A stretch of DNA of 17,163 nt. Origin: Campylobacterota bacterium (GTDB lineage: Bacteria; Campylobacterota; Campylobacteria; Campylobacterales; Sulfurimonadaceae). The translations under genes and the position numbers were made by a program. The first letter of the stretch is position 1, and each line of letters begins with the position of its first letter. The notes below the pieces were generated by a model, which had not been told where the DNA came from, ran no database searches, and worked only from the letters and a program-made list of their open reading frames with translations. The DNA is taken from the NCBI GenBank assembly GCA_034661055.1, contig JAYEKO010000043.1:1-17163 (forward strand). The letters run 5' to 3'. Positions 7,065 to 14,864 of the stretch are shown piece after piece.

Positions 7065-7739
7065 GTGCAAGAAGTCTTAAATCGTGTGGACTGGGAGAAG
7101 TCAGAGCTTCTTCCTGTCATTGTTCAAGATGTAGTTAACAACGAAATACTAATGATGGCGTACATGAATCGTGAAGCATTAGGACTCTCTTTAGAGACCA
7201 AGATAGCACACTACTTTTCACGCTCTAAACAGCGCATTTGGAAAAAGGGTGAAAGTAGTGGACACACCCAAGCCATTAAGTCTTTTGCTATTGATTGCGA
7301 CAATGACACACTATTAATTAAAGTAGTTCAAGAAGGTGTAGCTTGTCATACAGGACGACGATCTTGCTTCTTTACAGAGCTTGAAAGTGGTGAGAGCAAC
7401 TCAGATGTTGAAGTCAATACAGATGCGATGTATGGTGTTATAGATAACTTATACCACACTATTTTAGAGCGTAAAGATGCTGACCCTGAATCATCTTGGA
7501 GTGCTAAACTTTTAAGTAAAGGCGACAATGCTATTTTGAAAAAAGTAGTAGAGGAGGCTGGTGAATTTAGTTTTGCAATTAAAGACAACAATGAACAAGA
7601 GATTATAAATGAGTGTGCTGATCTTACGTATCATGTTCTTGTAGCACTTGGATCTAAAAACATCTCACCTGATCGTGTCAAGCAAGAGCTGGCTCGTAGA
7701 AGCGGCACTAGTGGTATTGAAGAGAAAAATTCACGTTAG
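7065..7739 (+). CDS. hisIE: Bifunctional phosphoribosyl-AMP cyclohydrolase / phosphoribosyl-ATP pyrophosphatase
   Basis: YFSRSK..IWKKGESSG, DCDNDTLL and ACHTGRRSCF (HisI); KKVVEEAGE and ECADLTYH (HisE). GTG start after AAGGA. Confidence 0.96.
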   Translation: MQEVLNRVDWEKSELLPVIVQDVVNNEILMMAYMNREALGLSLETKIAHYFSRSKQRIWKKGESSGHTQAIKSFAIDCDNDTLLIKVVQEGVACHTGRRSCFFTELESGESNSDVEVNTDAMYGVIDNLYHTILERKDADPESSWSAKLLSKGDNAILKKVVEEAGEFSFAIKDNNEQEIINECADLTYHVLVALGSKNISPDRVKQELARRSGTSGIEEKNSR

Positions 7740-7742
7740 ATT

Positions 7743-8258
7743 ATGAAGGCAAAAATAACGGCATTTATTGATCAACTGTTAATTTATGACTACGCACTTT
7801 TTGGTGCAGTCATATTATTATTCATTCTCTTTCTGATCTTATCGATTTTACTTAGAAAAAAAATTGGCCTCTCTATTGTTTTAATACTGCTCTCATTCGC
7901 AACTCTTATATTAGGTCCAACACTTGGTTATATAGAGCTTCATAAATTCTTATTTAAAACTACTACCAAGCTAACTGAAGTTAAAACACTTGAGTTTTCA
8001 CAAGCAATTGTTATTAAAGGTGACGTTACTAATGCTTCCAAGCAGAACCTATCTACATGTAAAATCACAGCCAATATCTTTAAAGTCTCTAAAAATGAAT
8101 ATTTAAATATGCTCTATCCACTCAATCCTTTTAAAAAAATGTCGATATTTAGGGACGTGAACCTCTCTAAAAATGAAAACTATGAGTTTAAGATGATAGT
8201 TGAACCTTTTACTTACTCAAAAGATTATAATGTTTCTATAGGAGCGAAGTGCAGATGA
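7743..8258 (+). CDS. DUF2393-like membrane protein
   Basis: Two N-terminal TM helices, then a beta-rich domain (IVIKGDVTNAS...CKITA). Position after hisIE fits the Campylobacterota arrangement. Confidence 0.7.
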   Translation: MKAKITAFIDQLLIYDYALFGAVILLFILFLILSILLRKKIGLSIVLILLSFATLILGPTLGYIELHKFLFKTTTKLTEVKTLEFSQAIVIKGDVTNASKQNLSTCKITANIFKVSKNEYLNMLYPLNPFKKMSIFRDVNLSKNENYEFKMIVEPFTYSKDYNVSIGAKCR

Positions 8259-8803
8259 TGACCTATTTTACTATTTGGCACTACTTTGTTGTACTTGTCG
8301 TTGCACTACTTTTTGCTATTGTTGTTATTGTCTCGTGGAGAAATAAAAATCATAAGCTCCGTTTTTCAATGATATTTTCAGGATTTATCTCCTTAGCACT
8401 TGTTGCGGCTTTCTTAATCATGGCACTTGATAAATATACAAAAGTAGTTAAAATTACTTCACTTAAAAATCGAAGATCACTTGCAACTGAGAAGATTATC
8501 TATACAGGAATAGTCAGAAATGTAGGAAAGTACACAATTGGCAAAGTAGAACTTGAGATAAAACTTGTCAATAAAGGTCATGTTACCGGTAATGTTAAAG
8601 GGGGAAGTTTCTATAAACCAAGCGGCATAAAAGACTTTCTATCTAGTGCTACAAAAAAAGATGATAAGCCTCAAACACTGCTTATGACCTTTGTCATCGC
8701 AGAACAACTTAAAGCCGGTAGAGCAAAAAGCTTTAAGGTAACCATGCCCTACCCACCATACTTTAAATCAACATCCCACTTTACTAGAGTTTTTGCTCAC
8801 TAG
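8255..8803 (+). CDS. DUF2393-like membrane protein, second paralog
   Basis: MTYFTIWH start, two TM helices, LDKYTK and IIYTGIVRNVG. ATGA overlap with the previous stop at 8255-8258; GTG 8249 is an alternative start. Confidence 0.7.
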   Translation: MMTYFTIWHYFVVLVVALLFAIVVIVSWRNKNHKLRFSMIFSGFISLALVAAFLIMALDKYTKVVKITSLKNRRSLATEKIIYTGIVRNVGKYTIGKVELEIKLVNKGHVTGNVKGGSFYKPSGIKDFLSSATKKDDKPQTLLMTFVIAEQLKAGRAKSFKVTMPYPPYFKSTSHFTRVFAH

Positions 8804-9599
8804 TAACTGTCTCTACCGCACTTAAAAAAAGCTCTTTATCAAGTTCAAACTCTTCAATAAGTGCAAGGGCTTTGGTTTTAAGCTCATCAGTAATTTGCCC
8901 TTTATTGTTAACACAGACCCTAACAACTTTTAAGTAAGCACTCAACTCCTTGGTCATTCCATGAGCAGATGCAGGATGTTCACAGTACCTAATAATGTGA
9001 ATTAGATCAAGCTCAAAATCCCAATGGTCAAAAATAGTAGCACTCACCTCTGCTGTTGTTGTACCACACAGTTGTCGTTCCGCTTCTTCTTCACTCATGC
9101 CATTAGAAATTAGCTCAGAAAACTCTCTATCTTTGCCTTGCTGCTTAAGCTCTTGAGCAATTAAAATCTTACCAATATCTACCATAAATGCAGCAGGTCC
9201 CAACTGCATTAATTTTGAAGGATACTTTTTAACAATCCACTTAAGCATTAATGCCGTATGCATTATAGATACATTTTTAAAATCTTTCTCACTCATTCCA
9301 TAGGCACAGAGATCAAATCTAAAACTATCTTTACTCGCTGCAAAGAGTACAAATGCTCGTATGGTGCCAATTCCAAAAAGGGAGATAGCCTGCTGAAGAG
9401 ATGTAATCTCACGTCTAAAACCGTAAAGTGGTGCATTCACATTTCTAAGAATCTCACCCGTGATAATAGCATCTTTTTCAATAATCTTTTTATAGTCTGA
9501 AAATCCTTTATTATCATCATGGACCATCGCTTCTATCTCAATAACACTTTGTGGCAATGGAGGTATTTCAGAAATTTTTTCTAATAGAGAACTATTCAT
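8784..9599 (-). CDS. Stand-alone HDOD domain protein
   Basis: IPPLPQSV, IIEKDAIITGEILRNVNAPLYGF.REITSLQQAISLFG, DIGKILI and IFDHWDF. Confidence 0.9.
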   Translation of the reverse strand: MNSSLLEKISEIPPLPQSVIEIEAMVHDDNKGFSDYKKIIEKDAIITGEILRNVNAPLYGFRREITSLQQAISLFGIGTIRAFVLFAASKDSFRFDLCAYGMSEKDFKNVSIMHTALMLKWIVKKYPSKLMQLGPAAFMVDIGKILIAQELKQQGKDREFSELISNGMSEEEAERQLCGTTTAEVSATIFDHWDFELDLIHIIRYCEHPASAHGMTKELSAYLKVVRVCVNNKGQITDELKTKALALIEEFELDKELFLSAVETVTSEQKL

Positions 9600-10564
9600 T
9601 AGTATTTTAGACCTTCAAGTTTTAGTTTTGCATTAATATGTTGTAACTGAGCATTTTTATCACGACACCACAGTGGTGATATTAAAGAGTCATCAGAAAT
9701 TCCAGCAGTCATTCTCTGAACTGTAATATTTTTAGGTTTCACCTTAAGCGCTTCAACAAGAACATCAATATAGTCCTCTTCACTAATTGGTGTAAACTCA
9801 CCTCGTGCATACTCATTTGCCAGTGCAGTCCGCTTTACAACATATAGTGGATGATACTTAACCGAATCAATGCCCCACTCATAAGCGGCAATACTAGAGT
9901 TAAGCATCATCTCTTTACTCTCGTCTGGCAATCCATAAATAAGATGTCCGCACACATTTAAACCTAGTGTTTTTGACTTTTTTACCCACTGTTCAACATT
10001 AGCAGCGTCGTGACCACGGTTAATACGTTTTAAAGTCTCATCATAAATAGTCTGAATTCCAAACTCAATCCAGATTTCTTTTGTTTTTGAGAGTTCAGCA
10101 AGATACTCTAAGGTCTCCTCAGTAACGCTGTCACTTCGTGTACCGATACTTAAACCAATAACATCATCGAACTCCAGAGCAGCTCCATAGAGTGTTTTAA
10201 GTGTGGACAGCGGTGCATAAGTATTAGTAAACGATTGAAAATAGACTAAAAACTTCTTAGCCCCGTAGTCACGTCTTAAACATTCACTCATAGAATTAAA
10301 CTGAGTTTTAAGCTGCTCCAACTGTCTATCTAAAAAAGGATTCTCTTTAGACTCAAGGTTTAAAAAAGAGCCTTTAAGAGGTTTTACTTTATCTAAACTT
10401 GGACTAAATGAGTCATTTTCACAAAAAGTACACCCTCCAACTGCAACACTGCCGTCAATGTTGGGACAGGTAAACCCTGAAATTGAGATAGGTACCTTAT
10501 AGACCTTAGTTCCGAACTTATCTTTTAAATAACTACCGTAGGTATAGATTTGTTGTAATTTCAA
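9599..10564 (-). CDS. YhcC-family (TIGR01212-type) radical SAM protein
   Basis: GFTCPNIDG....GGCTFC (CX11CX2C), YFQSFTNTY, IGTRSD, EFGIQT, INRGH, HLIYGLP and KYHPLYVVKRT. Its stop overlaps the HDOD start at 9599. Confidence 0.92.
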   Translation of the reverse strand: MKLQQIYTYGSYLKDKFGTKVYKVPISISGFTCPNIDGSVAVGGCTFCENDSFSPSLDKVKPLKGSFLNLESKENPFLDRQLEQLKTQFNSMSECLRRDYGAKKFLVYFQSFTNTYAPLSTLKTLYGAALEFDDVIGLSIGTRSDSVTEETLEYLAELSKTKEIWIEFGIQTIYDETLKRINRGHDAANVEQWVKKSKTLGLNVCGHLIYGLPDESKEMMLNSSIAAYEWGIDSVKYHPLYVVKRTALANEYARGEFTPISEEDYIDVLVEALKVKPKNITVQRMTAGISDDSLISPLWCRDKNAQLQHINAKLKLEGLKY

Positions 10565-10573
10565 TAACTTACT

Positions 10574-11926
10574 CTAGACGATGTATTCACCTGTAAAACA
10601 GGCCGTACAGTAATTAGATTCTGTAGCATTTACGCTACGAAGCAGTGCATCATTGCTTAAGTATGTCAATGAGTCCGCCCCAATATATTCGCAAATCTCA
10701 TCACTACTCTTATTTGAAGCAATCAGTTTGTCTTTATCGGGAGTATCAACACCGTAATAACACGGATCTGTTGTTGCTGGAGATGAGATACGCATATGCA
10801 CCTCAGCAGCACCAGCATCTTTAAGCATTTTAATAATACGGCGACTTGTAGTACCGCGAACAATAGAGTCATCTATGACAATCACTCGCTTACCTTTAAT
10901 CATAGAGACAATTGGAGAAAGCTTCATTTTTACTTTTAAATCACGCATCTCTTGTGTCGGTTCAATAAAGGTTCGCCCAATATAGTGATTACGCATAATT
11001 CCCATCTCAAAAGGAATACCGCTCGCTTGAGAATAGCCAATTGCAGAAGGAACACCGCCATCTGGAACAGGAATAACTAAATCTGCTTCAACAGGTTTCT
11101 CTTTAGCTAACTCTACACCCATATTTTTACGCATCTGATAGACATTTTGCCCATAGACATCTGAATCAGGTCGCGCAAAATAGACATATTCAAAAATACA
11201 GTGTTTTGGGGTAGGCTCATAGATCTTAATAGACTTTGGCTCTTTACCTTCTTCAAAAACAAGTAGCTCACCTGGTTCAACATCACGAATGAATTCAGCC
11301 CCTATAAGATCAAAAGCACAGGTCTCTGATGCAACAACATAGCCATTACCCACTTTACCAAGGCTCAGCGGTCTAAACCCATGAGGATCACGCATAGCAA
11401 ACATCTTCGTACGACTTAAAAAGACTAAAGAGTACGCTCCCTCAATTTTTTTAACTGCATCAATAATACGATCAAGCAGTTTATCTTCATCACTTTTAGC
11501 AATAAGGTGTATTAAATTTTCCGTATCCATAAAAGTTTGAAAAATAGCACCTTTTGCAATAAGTCTATCACGTACTTCTTGGGCATTAGTAAGGTTTCCA
11601 TTGTGGACAATAGCCATCTCGCCTAAGTCATAACGGGCAAATACCGGCTGAGCATCTAAAATAGAGTCATCACCTGCTGTGGAGTAACGTGTATGACCAA
11701 TTGCCATACTCCCATTAAGAGTCTTTATCTTATCTTCATTAAACACTCGAGTTACTAGACCTCTTTTTTTAATGGTACGCAGCTTTTTACCATCGCTGCT
11801 ACTGATTCCAGCAGCTTCTTGACCACGATGTTGCAGAGCGTGTAATGAGAAGTACGCTAGTTTTGAAGCTTCTTCATGATTAAAAATACCGACAACTGCA
11901 CATTTTTCATTGAGTGAACGTTCCAC
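10574..11926 (-). CDS. purF: Amidophosphoribosyltransferase
   Basis: Short propeptide then CAVVG (N-terminal nucleophile Cys), LQHRGQE, GHTRYST, HNGNLTN, VIDDSIVRGTT, and Fe-S ligands in CIFE, PCYYG and CTACF. Confidence 0.97.
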   Translation of the reverse strand: MERSLNEKCAVVGIFNHEEASKLAYFSLHALQHRGQEAAGISSSDGKKLRTIKKRGLVTRVFNEDKIKTLNGSMAIGHTRYSTAGDDSILDAQPVFARYDLGEMAIVHNGNLTNAQEVRDRLIAKGAIFQTFMDTENLIHLIAKSDEDKLLDRIIDAVKKIEGAYSLVFLSRTKMFAMRDPHGFRPLSLGKVGNGYVVASETCAFDLIGAEFIRDVEPGELLVFEEGKEPKSIKIYEPTPKHCIFEYVYFARPDSDVYGQNVYQMRKNMGVELAKEKPVEADLVIPVPDGGVPSAIGYSQASGIPFEMGIMRNHYIGRTFIEPTQEMRDLKVKMKLSPIVSMIKGKRVIVIDDSIVRGTTSRRIIKMLKDAGAAEVHMRISSPATTDPCYYGVDTPDKDKLIASNKSSDEICEYIGADSLTYLSNDALLRSVNATESNYCTACFTGEYIV

Positions 11927-11936
11927 TTATAGTTCC

Positions 11937-12707
11937 TTAGTTAAGTTTCAGACAATCTGCGATTGAGTAGAGTCCATTAGGTTGAGACTGTAGCCATTTT
12001 GAAGCGCGAATAGCACCCTTAGAGAAAGTATTTCGACTTGTAGCAGTGTGATTAAGCTCAATAAACTCGCCATCATTATAAAAACCGACAGTATGACGGC
12101 CAACAATATCACCACCACGAAGTGCCATTACTGCAATCTCATCTTCAGTTCGAGCACCAATAATCCCATCACGTCCGCTAACACGCACTTTGTCTAGGTC
12201 TAGTTTTCTTCCCGCAGCAGCAAATTCTGCAAGAGTGAGCGCCGTACCACTGGGTGCATCTATCTTATGGCGATGGTGCTGTTCAACAATCTCAATATCA
12301 AAGCCCTCTAGCGCTGCTGATGCTAGGTTTACAAGTTTATTTAAAACAGCTACACCTAAAGACATGTTCGTAGCATAGAGAATTGGCATCTCTTCACTAG
12401 CTTCTCTTAAAAGATTCATCTGATGCTCATTCATTCCTGTAGTACCAACAACGAGAGGAACAGGGTGTTTCAGCGCCTCTTCTAAAAGCATTTGTGTCGC
12501 TTCTGGAGTAGAAAAGTCTATAATCAATTGACTTCCTTTAACAAAAGTCTTCATATCATTGGTTGCTAATACTGATGGATCTAATGAAAAGTCCAATTCA
12601 TCATATATATGTACACATGCTAGTGAAATATCTTCTTCACTCTTAATATCATCTATTAACAGTCGTCCTACTCTACCTGTTGCACCAAAAACACCTACTC
12701 TTAGCAT
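11937..12707 (-). CDS. dapB: 4-hydroxy-tetrahydrodipicolinate reductase
   Basis: GATGRVG, IDFS, VVGTTG, NMSLGV, EQHHRHKIDAPSGTA and RGGDIVGRH. ATG 12707 is preferred; GTG 12713 is an alternative. Confidence 0.96.
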   Translation of the reverse strand: MLRVGVFGATGRVGRLLIDDIKSEEDISLACVHIYDELDFSLDPSVLATNDMKTFVKGSQLIIDFSTPEATQMLLEEALKHPVPLVVGTTGMNEHQMNLLREASEEMPILYATNMSLGVAVLNKLVNLASAALEGFDIEIVEQHHRHKIDAPSGTALTLAEFAAAGRKLDLDKVRVSGRDGIIGARTEDEIAVMALRGGDIVGRHTVGFYNDGEFIELNHTATSRNTFSKGAIRASKWLQSQPNGLYSIADCLKLN

Positions 12708-12716
12708 ATTCACCCT

Positions 12717-13661
12717 TTACGAATTTAATTTTTCATCAACGTATGCAATTGCTTGCAGTGCAGCAACAGCACCATCACCAGCAGCTGAAACTACCTGTTT
12801 TGGAGCTTCAATACGCATATCACCTGCCGCATAAAGTCCTGGAGTCGAAGTTGCCATGCTCAAGTTAACCTTTACACTACCCCATTCACTCATATCGCAT
12901 AAAAATGAGCCGTCTTCTTGTTTTAAAACACCATTATTGACATCATTTCCTACAAAAGTAAAGACACCAGGCACCGAAATATCTCGAATTGAGCCATCTT
13001 TTAATGCCACTTTAATTCCTGTTACTCCCATAGCATCGCCATATACTTCTTGTGGTACAGCATTAAGTACCAACTCAATATTTTCAGTAGATTTCAGGCG
13101 CTCAACTGTGTTTGGAGCAGAACGAAACTCATCACGACGATGTACTAAATATACTTTAGAACATATTTTAGCTAAATATAAAGCTTCTTCAAGTGCTGTA
13201 TCTCCACCACCAATAACTACGACCTCTTTTCCTTTATAGAAAAAACCGTCACAAGTGGCACAAGTACTAACCCCTTTTCCAAACAGCTCAGCTTCTCCGG
13301 TAAAACCAGCACGACGTGGCGTTGAACCTGTACAGACAATAGCACTTAATGCCTCTTCGGTCGTACCATCACCCTTAGTGATTACAAAATTACCCTCGCT
13401 GTTTTTACTAACATTGGTCACTTCAACCATATCATGTTTAAGACCAAATTTTTGACACTGCTGAGGCCATGGCATCATCAGATCCATTCCAGTAATCTCA
13501 CCTGTTACTCCAGGATAGTTTTCAATTTCAGAACTCTGTGTAATCTGCCCGCCAGGCATTCCTTTTTCAAACATTGTAACATTCTCTAAACCGCCACGTG
13601 TTGCATAAAGTCCAGCCGTAAGACCTGCAGGTCCACCGCCTATAATTGCACAATCTAACAT
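12717..13661 (-). CDS. trxB: Thioredoxin reductase
   Basis: [40 protein letters not shown] and GLYAAGD. Confidence 0.96.
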   Translation of the reverse strand: MLDCAIIGGGPAGLTAGLYATRGGLENVTMFEKGMPGGQITQSSEIENYPGVTGEITGMDLMMPWPQQCQKFGLKHDMVEVTNVSKNSEGNFVITKGDGTTEEALSAIVCTGSTPRRAGFTGEAELFGKGVSTCATCDGFFYKGKEVVVIGGGDTALEEALYLAKICSKVYLVHRRDEFRSAPNTVERLKSTENIELVLNAVPQEVYGDAMGVTGIKVALKDGSIRDISVPGVFTFVGNDVNNGVLKQEDGSFLCDMSEWGSVKVNLSMATSTPGLYAAGDMRIEAPKQVVSAAGDGAVAALQAIAYVDEKLNS

Positions 13662-14146
13662 TATAACTCCTCGATTTTTTTTGATAATTTTTTAAGCGTA
13701 TCTAATTCTCGTATCATACTGTCTTGTTTATAAAGCTTATCTTTGTTTTTTTTGATAATAAAGACCGATGGGGATTTATAAATATTGAACCTCTGAATTA
13801 GTTTTAACATTGTATTTGTTCCACTTCTAAGGAAAGTTATATTTTTCTTAGAACTAAAACTCTGTTGATAATAATCTATTGCGATTATAGGATAATTACT
13901 CTTAGATTCTTTAATGAGTTGTACCGTATTTGGAGATTTTGAGCTAAAAAAGATAACAATATAGCGCTCATCAATTGGAGTAAAAATCTCTTTTTGAGAG
14001 TAGAAGACCCATTCATTGAAATTAATAAACTTATATTCAGAAAATTTGTAGTTGAAGTAAGCAAATGCTGCAGCAATCATTGCTGCACCAAAGAAAGAGC
14101 CTAGAATAGTACCAAGAGAGAAGAGTCCTCCTCTGCGTCTTGACAC
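13661..14146 (-). CDS. Hypothetical N-terminally membrane-anchored protein with probable thioredoxin-like fold lacking CxxC
   Basis: Basic N-terminus plus one TM helix. [19 protein letters not shown] and [14 protein letters not shown] parallel redoxin motifs. No Cys anywhere. Its stop overlaps the trxB ATG. Confidence 0.7.
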   Translation of the reverse strand: MSRRRGGLFSLGTILGSFFGAAMIAAAFAYFNYKFSEYKFINFNEWVFYSQKEIFTPIDERYIVIFFSSKSPNTVQLIKESKSNYPIIAIDYYQQSFSSKKNITFLRSGTNTMLKLIQRFNIYKSPSVFIIKKNKDKLYKQDSMIRELDTLKKLSKKIEEL

Positions 14147-14163
14147 TGTTTAGACCTTAGTTA

Positions 14164-14481
14164 TTATAAAAGTGAGTTGATTTTTTCTTCAAATGCCTGT
14201 TTTGAAGCTGCACCAACCATTTGATCTACAAGTTCACCATCTTTAAAAAACATAACTGTAGGGATAGAACGAATTCCGTACTGTGTAGCAATCTCTTGCT
14301 CTTCATCAGTATTTACTTTACAGATGTTTGCTTTACCGTCATATGCTTCTGCTAACTCTTCAATTACTGGAGCAATCATACGACAAGGTCCACACCATGG
14401 AGCCCAAAAGTCTACTAGAGATACGCCTTCTTTAATTGTCGCTTCGATATTTGCTGAAGTTAGTTCAATGTATTTAGCCAT
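14164..14481 (-). CDS. trxA: Thioredoxin
   Basis: VDFWAPWCGPCRM and YGIRSIPT; AAGGA site at 14490-14494. Confidence 0.97.
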   Translation of the reverse strand: MAKYIELTSANIEATIKEGVSLVDFWAPWCGPCRMIAPVIEELAEAYDGKANICKVNTDEEQEIATQYGIRSIPTVMFFKDGELVDQMVGAASKQAFEEKINSLL

Positions 14482-14513
14482 TGTTTTTGTCCTTTAATAA
14501 ATTTAATTGGGTA

Positions 14514-14534
14514 ATTATAGCGATGCTTTCTTAA
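14514..14534 (-). promoter_or_regulatory. Sigma70 promoter of the trxA-hypothetical-trxB-dapB-purF run
   Basis: Perfect TATAAT at 14519-14514 with TTAAG upstream (14534-14530), typical Campylobacterota architecture, just before the trxA ribosome site. Confidence 0.65.
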
Positions 14535-14864
14535 TCAAAACGTAATATTTTCTAAAAGCACAATATCCTCAGGTGTGACAACTGCCACATCAATGCAGTA
14601 TGAAATATCTATAGAGTTCTTTTTCATATAAACATTAACCGTTTTTAAAATTCTCTCTATTTTTTTAGGTGTTACATTTTGTATCGCTAATTCATAAGAC
14701 ACAGCACTTTTTACTTCAATAAAATGCAGCAGAGAATCTCTGCTTGCAATAATGTCAATTTCACCAAAACGACTGTAGAAGTTTCGTTCTATAATTATGT
14801 ATCCCTGCTGCTGCAGAAATTTACATGTATTTTCTTCGGCAATATCTCCTTTAGCTCGACTCAA
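14535..14864 (-). CDS. yraN: YraN (UPF0102) family putative endonuclease
   Basis: G...E...C.FL...GY.IIERNF.SRFGEIDIIA...LHFIEVKS. The TTG start overlaps the upstream stop (TTGA 14861-14864). Confidence 0.92.
   Translation of the reverse strand: MSRAKGDIAEENTCKFLQQQGYIIIERNFYSRFGEIDIIASRDSLLHFIEVKSAVSYELAIQNVTPKKIERILKTVNVYMKKNSIDISYCIDVAVVTPEDIVLLENITF

Noticed and set aside
8784..8803. 20-bp convergent overlap without a terminator
   Set aside because: Common in compact Campylobacterota genomes.
12190..13455. Several plus-strand ORFs over dapB and trxB, including one with QQQHHHQQ
   Set aside because: Antisense shadows caused by codon bias of the real genes; no ribosome sites or motifs.
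14120..14146. SRRRGG as a twin-arginine signal
   Set aside because: It lacks the RRxFLK pattern and is better read as a positive-inside N-terminus before a membrane anchor.
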